Shown here piece by piece: positions 49,847-59,840 of a DNA stretch of 64,000 nucleotides. This DNA is from Candidatus Latescibacterota bacterium. Lineage in GTDB: Bacteria > Krumholzibacteriota > Krumholzibacteriia > WVZY01 > JAKEHA01. Under the pieces are notes generated by a model. That model was given only the letters and a program-made list of their open reading frames with translations, ran no database searches and was not told the origin of the DNA. Positions within the stretch are counted from its first letter, which is position 1, and each line of letters starts with the position of its first letter. Location of the stretch: the NCBI GenBank assembly GCA_963707635.1, contig OY970173.1, positions 1,408,001 to 1,472,000 of the forward strand, written 5' to 3'. A program made the translations under genes and the position numbers.

Positions 49847-50710
49847 ATGCGTTTCAGCAACTTCCGTCCTACGTGCCTGGCAGCGCTCGCGGTCTTCGCG
49901 CTGGGCGTTATCGCCTGCAGCGAAGACACCACCACGCCGGATACGCCGTCGACGGTCGACGTGTATTTCAACCTGAACGTCGATGGTCCGGGCCTGCAGC
50001 TGAATAACCTCATTTACACGACCCCGGCCGGGACGAAGTACAGCATCAAGGTTCTCAAGTTCGTCATTTCCGACATCGTCCTGCACGCCGACGACGGCAA
50101 GACCGCGAGGATTGCCGACATTCACTACTTCGATGTCGGCGACGGGAGCACGCAGACGTTTCGGGACTCCTCGGTGCCCCACGCGAACTGGACGTCGGTG
50201 TCGTTCACCTTCGGGCTGGACGAGACCAAGAACGTGCGCGACAAGTATCAGTCGAATGCCAAGTTCCATGCCGCCATGCAATGGCCGACGGGACTGGGCG
50301 CCAGCCTCGGGTATCACTACATGCAGCTGGAGGGGAACTACGAGACCACGCCGGGCGGGGCCACGGCCGGCTACACCACCCACACCGGCCCGCGCCAGCT
50401 CGATGGCACCAATCCCGACTTCCCGGGCGTGGTCGACGCGACGCCGTATCACTACTTCTTCAAAGTGGACCTTCCGTTCACGCCGACCCATATCCACGAG
50501 GGCGGCCACGGCGACCTCGAGCTGTTCTTCAACCTGAACGACTGGTATCTCGACAGCACGCCGGCGGACGGGAACGACACCGCGTACGACTTTACGACGC
50601 TGGGTAACCAGATGATCATGGGGAACCTGGACGCGCAGGCGCGCCTGCAGACCAACGGGCGGTTCTGCTTCTCGGCGAAGCTCACGGCGACCGGCGGCCA
50701 CGATCACTAG
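49847..50710 (+). CDS. MbnP-like lipoprotein
   Basis: Lipobox VIAC; LKFVISDI, FTFGLD, MQWP...GYHYMQLEG; immediately precedes a di-heme enzyme. Confidence 0.75.
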   Translation: MRFSNFRPTCLAALAVFALGVIACSEDTTTPDTPSTVDVYFNLNVDGPGLQLNNLIYTTPAGTKYSIKVLKFVISDIVLHADDGKTARIADIHYFDVGDGSTQTFRDSSVPHANWTSVSFTFGLDETKNVRDKYQSNAKFHAAMQWPTGLGASLGYHYMQLEGNYETTPGGATAGYTTHTGPRQLDGTNPDFPGVVDATPYHYFFKVDLPFTPTHIHEGGHGDLELFFNLNDWYLDSTPADGNDTAYDFTTLGNQMIMGNLDAQARLQTNGRFCFSAKLTATGGHDH

Positions 50711-50773
50711 CATCGACACCCGCGTTGGGCAGCCGATCGGAGCCGAACGCGATCGTAGTACCCACGAAGGACC

Positions 50774-51844
50774 ATGACGAAGTATCGGCGACAGGCGGCG
50801 TGGCTGATCGTGCTCGCGGCGCTGTCCGCGTGCTCGGGCAACGACGGTGTGACTCCCCCGGACGATACGCCCGAATGCCCGCCCGCTGAGCGTCTCACGC
50901 TCGACCTCCCGCCCGGCTTTCCCGAGCTCCCGGACCCGAAAGAAAACCGGCTCACCCGGCAGGGCGTCGCGCTGGGACGGCGACTCTTCTACGACCCGAT
51001 CCTCTCCGGCGACAGCACCCAGGCGTGCGGCACGTGTCACCGGCAGTGGGCCGGCTTCGGCGACACCCGCCGCTTCAGCGAAGGCATCGACGGCATCAAG
51101 GGCACGCGACAGGCCCCGACCATCGTGAACCCGGGGTGGATGATGTTCGGGCAATTCTGGGACGGCCGCGAGCCCGACCTCGAGGGACAGGCCACGCGCC
51201 CGGTGCCGAACCCGATCGAGATGCACCTGCCGTGGGCGGTGGCGGTGGAGCGCCTGAAGCAGCACCCGGAGTATCCGGACCTCTTCTGCGCCGCGTTCGG
51301 CGACAGCCGCATCGATTCGATTCGCGTCGTCAAAGCGATCGCGCAGTTCGAACGCACGTTTATTTCTACCAATTCGAAGTACGACCGCTGGAAACGGGGT
51401 GAAGACACGCTCTCGACCGCGGAACTGGCCGGCTACCGGATCTTCACCACCGAAGTGGGAGACTGCTTCCACTGCCACATGGAGCCGCTCTTCAGCACGG
51501 GCACCTTCCACAACACCGGCCTCGACGTCGTCCCAATCGATCGCGGCCGGATGGACGTGACCGGCAACCCGGCGGATATCGGCAAGTTCAAGGCGCCGTC
51601 GCTGCGCAACATCATGGAATCGTCTCCCTACATGCACGACGGCCGCTTCGCGAGCATCTATGACGTGGTCAATCACTACAACATGGGTTTCCACGACGGA
51701 CCCGACGTGGATCCGTTGATCCGGGTGCGCCTGAGCCGCCGTCCCATGCGGGTCGGCGAGGTCGATACGTTGATTACCTTCCTGGAGGCCCTGACCGACC
51801 CGACCTTTCTGACCAACCCGGATCTCTCGAACCCCAACCCGTAG
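50774..51844 (+). CDS. Di-heme cytochrome c peroxidase/MauG-superfamily enzyme (MbnH-like)
   Basis: Lipobox LSAC; LGRRLFYDP, CGTCH, FWDGR, CFHCH, FKAPSLRN, PYMHDGRF. Confidence 0.9.
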   Translation: MTKYRRQAAWLIVLAALSACSGNDGVTPPDDTPECPPAERLTLDLPPGFPELPDPKENRLTRQGVALGRRLFYDPILSGDSTQACGTCHRQWAGFGDTRRFSEGIDGIKGTRQAPTIVNPGWMMFGQFWDGREPDLEGQATRPVPNPIEMHLPWAVAVERLKQHPEYPDLFCAAFGDSRIDSIRVVKAIAQFERTFISTNSKYDRWKRGEDTLSTAELAGYRIFTTEVGDCFHCHMEPLFSTGTFHNTGLDVVPIDRGRMDVTGNPADIGKFKAPSLRNIMESSPYMHDGRFASIYDVVNHYNMGFHDGPDVDPLIRVRLSRRPMRVGEVDTLITFLEALTDPTFLTNPDLSNPNP

Positions 51845-51882
51845 GAGCGTCGCGCGCCGTCGTGCGACCCCTGGAGGCACGG

Positions 51883-52380
51883 ATGACCCGTCGGCATGCA
51901 GGACTGAGCGTAGCGGCGGTGGGCATGGCCGTGAGTCTGGCGCTGGCGGCGCCGGTTCGCGCGGCGGAAACCCCGAATCAGGAAGATGCGGCCGTGGCGG
52001 AGGTCGCGAAGCTCGAGGACGCGCGCCGCGCGGCGATGATTTCGGCCGACCCGGCGGCGCTCGAGTCCGTGTTCGCGGCGGACTGCACGTACATCCATTC
52101 GAACGGGATCTCGCAGTCGCGTGCGGACCTGCTCGGGATGCTCGCGCGCGGCGAGATTCGCTACCGCGCGTTCACCGTCGAGGCGGTAGAATACCGCGCC
52201 TACGGGGCCGCCGTGGTGGTCACTGGCATGCAAACCATCGAGCTGACGAACTCGGACAAGCCGTTCACCTCGCGCAGCCGCTACACGGTCGTGTACGCAC
52301 CCGCCGGCGGGGCAGTCCGGGTGGTGGCCTACCAGTCCACGCCGCTGCCCGAACTCGTCATGCAGGAAAAGAAGGAATAA
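51883..52380 (+). CDS. NTF2-like (DUF4440) exported protein
   Basis: GGAGG RBS; signal peptide; YIHSNG, RYTVVY, VVAYQST. Confidence 0.8.
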   Translation: MTRRHAGLSVAAVGMAVSLALAAPVRAAETPNQEDAAVAEVAKLEDARRAAMISADPAALESVFAADCTYIHSNGISQSRADLLGMLARGEIRYRAFTVEAVEYRAYGAAVVVTGMQTIELTNSDKPFTSRSRYTVVYAPAGGAVRVVAYQSTPLPELVMQEKKE

Positions 52381-52406
52381 CCCGCGCACACGAAAGCGAG
52401 ATTCAC

Positions 52407-53012
52407 ATGGTCCAGACGCCGTCCACGATGCTTCCCCTGGGTACCCCCGCGCCGGGCTTCCGACTGACGGAGCCCGCGAGCGGCCGGGTGTGGTCCCTCA
52501 CCGACTTCCGGTCCGACGCCCTCGTCGTCATGTTCATCTGCAACCACTGTCCGTTCGTGATTCACGTGCGCGACGGGATCACGCGTCTCGCGCGCGACTA
52601 CGCATCGCGCGGCGTCGACTTCGTGGCGATCAACGCGAACAGCGTCGAGTCGCACCCAGCGGACGGCCCGCCGCACATGGCCGAACTGGTGCGCGAGCTC
52701 GGGTGGAAGTTCCCGTTCCTCTTCGACGACACCCAGGCGGTCGCAAAGGCGTACCACGCCGCGTGCACCCCGGATTTCTACGTCTTCGACCGCGCGCACA
52801 CGCTGCGCTACCGCGGCCAGCTCGACGACAGCCGCCCCTCCAACGGCAAGCCCGTGACCGGCGTGGACCTGCGCGCCGCGATCGACGCGGTGCTGGCGGG
52901 GAAGCCGGCTGCGGTCGAGCAGCGCCCCAGCATCGGGTGCAACATCAAGTGGAAACCCGGGAGCGAGCCCGACTACTTCACCACGTTCATTTCGGCGAAA
53001 AAGACTGGTTGA
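52407..53012 (+). CDS. Thioredoxin-fold AhpC/TSA family protein
   Basis: FICNHCPFV, AACTPDF, YRGQLDDSRP, SIGCNIKW. Confidence 0.92.
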   Translation: MVQTPSTMLPLGTPAPGFRLTEPASGRVWSLTDFRSDALVVMFICNHCPFVIHVRDGITRLARDYASRGVDFVAINANSVESHPADGPPHMAELVRELGWKFPFLFDDTQAVAKAYHAACTPDFYVFDRAHTLRYRGQLDDSRPSNGKPVTGVDLRAAIDAVLAGKPAAVEQRPSIGCNIKWKPGSEPDYFTTFISAKKTG

Positions 53013-53478
53013 ACGGGTTAGCCGCCGGCACCACGATTTTCACGAAGTCATGCTTCGCAGCGGTGTGGCAGGTGTTGCACGCGTTGATGAGACCGGAATA
53101 TGCCATGCCAGCCGCCGGCCAGTCGGACGCGGCCAGGGTCTTGACCAACGCCGGCTTGGCCGGATTGAACACCGACTTGACCAGCGACGCGATCGGGTAG
53201 TTGTCGTAGGTGGGGAACTTCTTTTCGATCACCTCGAAGCCTTCCTCGAGTTCCTCCAGGTAGAACTCGGCGAGCGGCTTGTTCTTGCCCTGGATCGCGA
53301 GCCCCAGCTTGTGCACGTAGTGCTGCTGGGTCGCCATGTAGGGGGCGAGCTCCTCGCCGGCCGGGGTGACGTCGGCGCGAGCGCTACCGACGAGCGATCC
53401 GCGCCAGGCGAGGACGGCCAGCGCGGCGTTCGCGAAGAGCGATGCGGTGAGAGCAGCGGCCATCCAACGAGATTTCAC
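52987..53478 (-). CDS. Putative class II-like (cytochrome c'-type) monoheme cytochrome c
   Basis: GGAGG RBS; signal/TM segment; helical body with C-terminal CNTCH. Confidence 0.7.
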   Translation of the reverse strand: MKSRWMAAALTASLFANAALAVLAWRGSLVGSARADVTPAGEELAPYMATQQHYVHKLGLAIQGKNKPLAEFYLEELEEGFEVIEKKFPTYDNYPIASLVKSVFNPAKPALVKTLAASDWPAAGMAYSGLINACNTCHTAAKHDFVKIVVPAANPFNQSFSPK

Positions 53479-53562
53479 GGTAGTCCTCCACGACTGAAAT
53501 TGGGTTATGATTGAAGGGGTGAAAGGCGACCGCCATTATAGTGAGTTCGCGCGGCCGCGCCA

Positions 53563-54804
53563 ATGACCAGGAGATTCGATACTCCACAAAGTTACGCGGG
53601 TCCCATCAGCTCGCGGATCAAGCGTGCTCGCCAGGCCGCCGACCCGCGCAAGCACGACCTGTCGCCGGCGGTGCTGGACTTCGGCCCGGTGCGCGTGCTG
53701 CTGGCGCGCCATTTCGGCTTCTGCTACGGGGTGGAGAACGCGGTCGAGATCGCCTACCGCACGCTCGCCGACCACCCGGACCGGCGCGTGTTCTTTCTGT
53801 CCGAGGTGATCCACAACCCGACGGTCAACGGCGACCTTCGCGATCGCGGCGTTCGTTTCATTTTTACACCCGCCGGCGAGCAGCTGGTTCCATGGCAGGA
53901 GATCACGCCCGCGGATGTGGTGGTGGTGCCGGCGTTCGGCACCACCCTCGAGTTGCAGGAGAAGCTGGCCGAGCGCGGCGTCGACGCCTACCGCTACAAC
54001 ACCACCTGCCCGTTCGTCGAGAAGGTGTGGAAGCGCAGCGCCCAACTGGGCGCCGACCGCTACACCGTGGTCGTCCATGGAAAGGACTCGCACGAAGAGA
54101 CGCGCGCGACATTCTCCCACAGCGTACGCGGCGCCCCCACGGTGGTGGTGCGCGACCTCGTCGAAGCCAGACTTCTGGGCGACGTGATCCGCGGTCTCAA
54201 GACGGTCGCCGACTTCGACCGTAGTTTTCGCCACAAGTGCTCGCCCGGCTTCGACCCCGATCGCGACCTCGCCCGCGTCGGCGTGGTCAACCAGACCACG
54301 ATGCTGGCGACGGAGACGCACGAGATCGCCCAGGAGCTGCGCCAGGCGCTCGTCGACCGCTACGGGGCGGACGCGATCGCCGGGCACTTTGCCGACACGT
54401 CCGACACGCTCTGCTACGCCACCTACGAGAACCAGAACGCGACCTACGCGTTGATCGAGCGGGGCGCCGACCTGGCGATCGTCGTCGGTGGATACAACTC
54501 GTCGAACACGTCGCACATCGTGGAGTTGTGCGCCCACGCGATGCCGACCTATTTCGTGCAGGGCGCCGAGGAGATCGTGTCCGAGCGCTCCATTCGTCAC
54601 TACTCACTCTCGTCGCGTGCCGTCGAGACCACGCCGGATTGGCTCCCGGGGAAGCGCCCGCTCGAGGTGGTGCTGACCTGCGGCGCGTCGTGTCCCGACG
54701 CCATCCTGGACGCGGTGTTGTGCCGGCTGCTCGCCCTGTTTCCGGGCTCGCGGCCGCTCGATCAGGTGCTGGAGGCATTCCCGGTGCCGGTCGCGGCGTC
54801 GTGA
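53563..54804 (+). CDS. ispH: 4-hydroxy-3-methylbut-2-enyl diphosphate reductase
   Basis: FGFCYGV, IHNP, TTCPFV, HEET, NQTT, DTLCYAT, GGYNSSNT, GASCP. Confidence 0.95.
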   Translation: MTRRFDTPQSYAGPISSRIKRARQAADPRKHDLSPAVLDFGPVRVLLARHFGFCYGVENAVEIAYRTLADHPDRRVFFLSEVIHNPTVNGDLRDRGVRFIFTPAGEQLVPWQEITPADVVVVPAFGTTLELQEKLAERGVDAYRYNTTCPFVEKVWKRSAQLGADRYTVVVHGKDSHEETRATFSHSVRGAPTVVVRDLVEARLLGDVIRGLKTVADFDRSFRHKCSPGFDPDRDLARVGVVNQTTMLATETHEIAQELRQALVDRYGADAIAGHFADTSDTLCYATYENQNATYALIERGADLAIVVGGYNSSNTSHIVELCAHAMPTYFVQGAEEIVSERSIRHYSLSSRAVETTPDWLPGKRPLEVVLTCGASCPDAILDAVLCRLLALFPGSRPLDQVLEAFPVPVAAS

Positions 54805-54995
54805 TCGGTTCTTGCATGTGCCGCGGTACGCGGAATCAGTTCTCGGCCGCAACGCGTTACCAATAAACGAAGTGCCGCGCCGTTTGCGGCGCGGATACGG
54901 CGTTTTCTGCGCCTTTTGGCGCAGCGCCGCGGGTGAAAAAGCGGAAATTGGTGACCTCGGTGAGGCGCCTGGATCGAACGAGGAGAACGCGAGCC

Positions 54996-56778
54996 ATGAC
55001 AACGACCGTCGCACGCACCACCGCCATTCTCGCCGTTACGCTGGCCGGGCTCCTGGCGAACCCGGGGAGGGCGACCGCTATCCCGCCCCACGTCTCGACT
55101 GCCTTCCCCGTGGCGCAGCGGGCGAACATTTCCGCCAGCGCCGTCATCTCGGTGAACTTCGACGACGCGATCGACCCGACAACGGTGAACGAGATCACGT
55201 TCCGCGTGTTCGGCCGCTGGTCGGGGCCGGCCAGCGGGAGCTACGTCGTCACCCTCAACAACATCACGTTTACGCCGAGCGAACCGTTCTTCGCCGGGGA
55301 GTGGGTCACCGCTAGCTTGAGCAAGGGCATCAAGAGCATGTCCGGCGAGGCGCTGGCCAAGGGCTACGCGTGGAATTTCTGGATCAAGACCGTGGGCACG
55401 CTGCTCGACCTGGAGTACGTCGGTCGGATATCGACGCGCGAACACAACGAGACGGTGCACGTCGTACGGCGCCTACGCCGGCGACCTGGACAACGACGGG
55501 TGGGGCGATCTGACCGTTATCAACGAAATAACGAGCGACGCGCGCATATTCATGAACGAAGCCGGGACGTTCAGCGGGTCCTTCACCATCGAAAGTCTGG
55601 TGGACGGCGAAACTCCCAGCCCGAATGAGATGGGGGACTTCGATAACGATGGCGAGATCGACCTGGTGGTGGCGAACCTCGACAACGACAAGATCAGTAT
55701 TCTCTTCGGCGATGGCACGGGCGATTTCCCGAACGGGCGGAAGGTTTCCTATTCAGTCGCGCCGGCGGTGTCCCACCAGGTGAGGGGAGTAGGCGTCCTC
55801 GACCTGAATGGTGACGGCTGGGACGACATCATCGCGGCCGACTACTTTGGCAACCAGCTCTCGGTCTTTATCAACAACGGCGACGGCACCTTCGCCCCCG
55901 CGGTCGCCAAGGAGACCGGTGGCAACGGGGAGTACGCGCTCGCCATCGCCGACGCGAACAACGACGGCCTGCTGGACGTCTTCTCCGCGAACTTCGGCTC
56001 CACGCGTTACGTCACAGTTCTCTTGAGCGACGGCAACGGCGGACTCACTGCGCAAACGCCGACGGTGGTGGGCGGGCGCCCCTGGCAGATGGTGGCCGGT
56101 GACTTCAACAGCGACGGCAACGTCGACGTCGCGGCGGACAATACCTACGAGAACCGTGTCGCGGTCCTGTTCGGCAACGGGCTGGGCGGGCTGGCGGCTC
56201 CGAACTACTACGGCGTCGGAAGCTTCCCGCTCGCGATCGATACCGGCGACATCGATGGAGACGGTGACCTCGAGCTGGTGGCCAGCAACTACGACTCGGG
56301 CACGTGGACCCTCTACGAGAATCGCGACGGCATCTTCATGAACCCGCGCACGTTCAACTCGAGCTCGTCCGGCTCATGCATGACACTCCACGACCGCGAC
56401 AACGACGGCGACCTCGACATGACCGGCATCGACGAGATCGACGACTGGATTTACTTCTTCCAGAACGAGCCGCCGGTGACGGGAATCACTCCGGCGGTAG
56501 CGTCGGTGACACTCTTCCAGAACCACCCGAATCCGTTCAACCCGACGACGACGATCCGTTTCGAGTTGACCAAGTCTTCGCGCGTCGAGCTGGCCGTGTT
56601 CGATGCCGCCGGCGCGCGTGTGGCCGAGCTGGCGGACGGCGTCTACCCCGCGGGTGAGACCGACGTGAACTGGAACGGAACCGACCTGGAGGGCCACCGC
56701 GTCAGCTCCGGGGTTTATTTCTACCGGCTGGTGTCGGGGGCCGACGTGCTCACCCGCAAGATGGTGCTTCTCAAGTAG
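54996..56778 (+). CDS. Exported Ig-like plus FG-GAP repeat protein with FlgD/T9SS-like C-terminal domain; one apparent frameshift near 55460
   Basis: Signal peptide and Big-like domain in the 54933 frame; SYGAYAGDLDNDGWGDL... continues in the 55552 frame; GDFDNDG repeats; NHPNPFNP...RKMVLLK. Confidence 0.8.
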
Positions 56779-56804
56779 CCAGGGCGCGGTCTAGAGTCTC
56801 CGGC

Positions 56805-58784
56805 GTGAGGAGCCTCTGGAACGACGAGGACGTGCGTGCATGCGGCGCCGATCCGCTCGCGCTCCGCGTGTATTCATCCCGGCTCATCGGGCAGGAGCCC
56901 GACCTCGTTCTCCACGGCGGCGGCAACACCTCGGTCAAGACCCGGGCCGTCGATCTCTTCGGCGACTCCGTCGACGCCCTCTACGTGAAGGGAAGCGGGT
57001 GGGACCTGGCCACCATCGAGCGCGGCGGGTTTTCGCCGCTGCGCCTCGACGCCGTGCGGCGCATGGCGGACCTTCCCACCCTCTCGGACTCGAAGATGGT
57101 GGCGATGCTCCGGTCGCTACTCCTGGACCCCGCGGCGCCGACCCCCTCGGTCGAGGCGATTCTCCACGCCATCATGCCGTTCACCTACGTCGACCACACC
57201 CACGCCGACGCAGTCGTGACCATCACCAACACGCCGGACGGGGTCGGGCGCATCGGTGAAATCTACGGCAACCGCATATTCATCGTGCCGTACGTGATGC
57301 CGGGCTTCCTCCTCGCCAAGGAACTCTTCGACATGACGCGCGATATCGACTGGGCCGAGGTGGAGGGCGTCATCCTGATGAACCACGGCGTCTTCACCTT
57401 CGGCGACGACGCGCGGTCGAGTTACGAGCGCATGATCCAGATCGTGTCCGAAGCGGAGGACTACCTGGAGATGAAGGCGCCGCGCCCGCCCCAGCCGTCG
57501 GGGGACGACACCGTCTCGAGGGTGGACCTGATGGCGTTGGCGCGGCTGCGCCGCGCCGTGTCTCGAAAAGCCGGCGGCGCGCTGCTTGCGCGGCTCGACG
57601 CGGGAGCGACCAGCGCCGGGTTTGCCGCCCGCAGTGACGCGGCCCCGCTGGCCTCGCGGGGGCCGCTGACCCCGGACCACGTCGTGCGCACCAAGCGCGT
57701 GGCGCTGATCGTCGGCGACGACCTCGACGCGGACGTCGAAAAGTTCGCGCGGGAGTATTCGGAGTACTTCGCCCGCCACGCCGACGGCACCATGCGCGCG
57801 CTCGACCCCGCGCCCCGATGGGCGGTGTGGCCGGGGCGCGGCACGATCGCCTTCGGGCGCACGCTCGCCGATGCCATCATCGCGAGCGATATCGTCGCCC
57901 ACACCATCCCCGCCATCGAGCGCGCCGAGCAGCTCGGCGGGTGGACCGCGCTGGCCGAGGACGACGTCTTCGACGTCGAGTACTGGGAGCTCGAGCAGGC
58001 CAAGCTCGCGCGCGCCGACGCGCCCGCGGAGCTCGCGGGGCGCGTCGTGCTGGTGACCGGCGCCGCCAGCGGGATCGGGCGCGCGTGCGTCGAGCGCCTG
58101 GTGACCGCCGGCGCGTGCGTGGTCGCACTCGACGTGAACGACGCGGTGGGCTCGCTCTTCGGCGACGCCCGCGTGACCGCGCTGACCTGCGACGTCACCG
58201 ACGCCGCCGCGGTGGAATTCGCGGTAGAGGGCGCGGTGCGGCGCTTCGGTGGACTCGACGCGGTGGTGAGCAATGCGGGGACGTTTCCCGCGTCCGCGCC
58301 GATTGCCACGCTCACGTCCGCCACCTGGGAGAAGAGCCTCGCGATCAATCTCGACGCGCACCGCATCGTGCTGCAGAAAGCCATCCCCTTCCTCGAATCG
58401 GGCATCGATCCTGCAGTTGTCTTCGTGGGATCGAAGAACGTCCGGGCGCCCGGAAAAGGTGCCGCGGCCTACTCGGTTGCGAAGGCGGGACTTACCCAGC
58501 TCGCGCGCATCGCGGCGCTGGAACTCGCGCCCGCGGGAATTCGCGTCAACGTGTTGCACCCGAACGACGTGTTCGACACGGGGATATGGACCGCCGACGT
58601 TCTGGCCGCGCGCGCGAAGGAGTACGGGCTGGACGTGGAGAGCTACAAACGACGCAATCTGCTGCGGGTCGAGGTGACCTCGGCCGACGTCGCCGCGCTG
58701 GCGGTGGCCCTGGTCGGTCGCCTGTTCGCGAGGACGACCGGCGCGCAGATTCCCGTCGATGGCGGAAACGACCGCGTCGTGTAG
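56805..58784 (+). CDS. Bifunctional class II aldolase / short-chain dehydrogenase (RhaD-SDR fusion family)
   Basis: LHGGGNTSVK, PSVEAILH, DHTHAD, TPDH; TGAASGIG, NAG, YSVAK, VDGG. Confidence 0.92.
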   Translation: MRSLWNDEDVRACGADPLALRVYSSRLIGQEPDLVLHGGGNTSVKTRAVDLFGDSVDALYVKGSGWDLATIERGGFSPLRLDAVRRMADLPTLSDSKMVAMLRSLLLDPAAPTPSVEAILHAIMPFTYVDHTHADAVVTITNTPDGVGRIGEIYGNRIFIVPYVMPGFLLAKELFDMTRDIDWAEVEGVILMNHGVFTFGDDARSSYERMIQIVSEAEDYLEMKAPRPPQPSGDDTVSRVDLMALARLRRAVSRKAGGALLARLDAGATSAGFAARSDAAPLASRGPLTPDHVVRTKRVALIVGDDLDADVEKFAREYSEYFARHADGTMRALDPAPRWAVWPGRGTIAFGRTLADAIIASDIVAHTIPAIERAEQLGGWTALAEDDVFDVEYWELEQAKLARADAPAELAGRVVLVTGAASGIGRACVERLVTAGACVVALDVNDAVGSLFGDARVTALTCDVTDAAAVEFAVEGAVRRFGGLDAVVSNAGTFPASAPIATLTSATWEKSLAINLDAHRIVLQKAIPFLESGIDPAVVFVGSKNVRAPGKGAAAYSVAKAGLTQLARIAALELAPAGIRVNVLHPNDVFDTGIWTADVLAARAKEYGLDVESYKRRNLLRVEVTSADVAALAVALVGRLFARTTGAQIPVDGGNDRVV

Positions 58785-58829
58785 CAGCGTTCCTTGCCCC
58801 GCGCCGGGCGCGGGATTACCGTGGTGGAT

Positions 58830-59828
58830 ATGCGTTTGCTAGCGGGATTGGGCGCGCTGCTCGTTTGCCTCTTCGCCCCCGTCGTGGTTCCGGCGGGCGA
58901 GGGCGCCGGGTCGCTTCCCATCTGTGCCGTGTGCGGCAAGCCCATTACCGAGGACCTGTTCCAGACCAAGGGGCTCTCGTACCACTCGGACCACTTCCGC
59001 TGCGCGCACTGCGACCGCCCCATCACCGGGCCGTACAGCGAATACGGCGGGAAGAACTACCACACCGACTGCTTCGAGAACCACGTCGCGCTGAAGTGTT
59101 CGCTCTGTGGAGCGCTGATCCACGGCGAGTATCTGCAGGACTACTGGGGAAACTCCTACTGCTACCGTCACGACGGCGAGGCGCCGGTGTGCGACTCGTG
59201 CGGGCGTTTCATCTCCGACCAGACCACGGGCGGCGGCGTTCGATACGACGACGGACGCTTCGTGTGCAACCTCTGCCGGCCCAAGTCGATCACCGACGTC
59301 GACGAGATCCTGGAGCTGGTGCACGAGGTCGCGCAGCGCATGGCGACCTTCGGCATGGACGTGGACTACAACGGCGTCAAGATTCACCTGGTCGGCCGGG
59401 ACGACATGCAGAAACTGTCCGGCCACCATTCGGAAGGGCTGCGCGGGTTTACGGACTACCGCGAGGACTTTCGCGTGTTCGGAAAGTCCAAGAACCGCCG
59501 CATGGACATGTACCTCCTCTACGGCATGCCGCGCATGGAGCTGGTGAGCACGATCGCGCACGAGCTCGGCCACGTATGGCAGTTCAACCATGGCCGCTTC
59601 AAGAATGATCGCCTGTGGGCTGAGGGCAGCTGCAACTACGCCGCCTATCTCGTGCTGGGGCAGTATCCGGGGCGCGAGGGCTCGTTCTTCCGCACCAGTC
59701 TGACCCGCGACGAAGACTCGGTCTACGGCGAGGGCCTGCGGCGCGTGAAGACGCTCGCCGAGGCCGAGGGCACGAAGAAGTGGCTTCGCTATCTCTCCAG
59801 GAACGCCGACTTCCCGGCCGGGTACTGA
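58830..59828 (+). CDS. Exported DA1-like protein: LIM plus LIM-like zinc fingers plus zinc peptidase
   Basis: CxxC-x16-HxxH-xx-CxxC-x16-HxxC; second Cys/His cluster; AHELGHVW, EGSCN, VYGEG. Confidence 0.85.
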   Translation: MRLLAGLGALLVCLFAPVVVPAGEGAGSLPICAVCGKPITEDLFQTKGLSYHSDHFRCAHCDRPITGPYSEYGGKNYHTDCFENHVALKCSLCGALIHGEYLQDYWGNSYCYRHDGEAPVCDSCGRFISDQTTGGGVRYDDGRFVCNLCRPKSITDVDEILELVHEVAQRMATFGMDVDYNGVKIHLVGRDDMQKLSGHHSEGLRGFTDYREDFRVFGKSKNRRMDMYLLYGMPRMELVSTIAHELGHVWQFNHGRFKNDRLWAEGSCNYAAYLVLGQYPGREGSFFRTSLTRDEDSVYGEGLRRVKTLAEAEGTKKWLRYLSRNADFPAGY

Positions 59829-59840
59829 TTCTTGCGGCGT

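Noticed and set aside
54821..54924. Three small GC hairpins between ispH and the FG-GAP gene
   Set aside because: Short stems are expected by chance at this GC content, and they show no similarity to the repeat family or to a known RNA.
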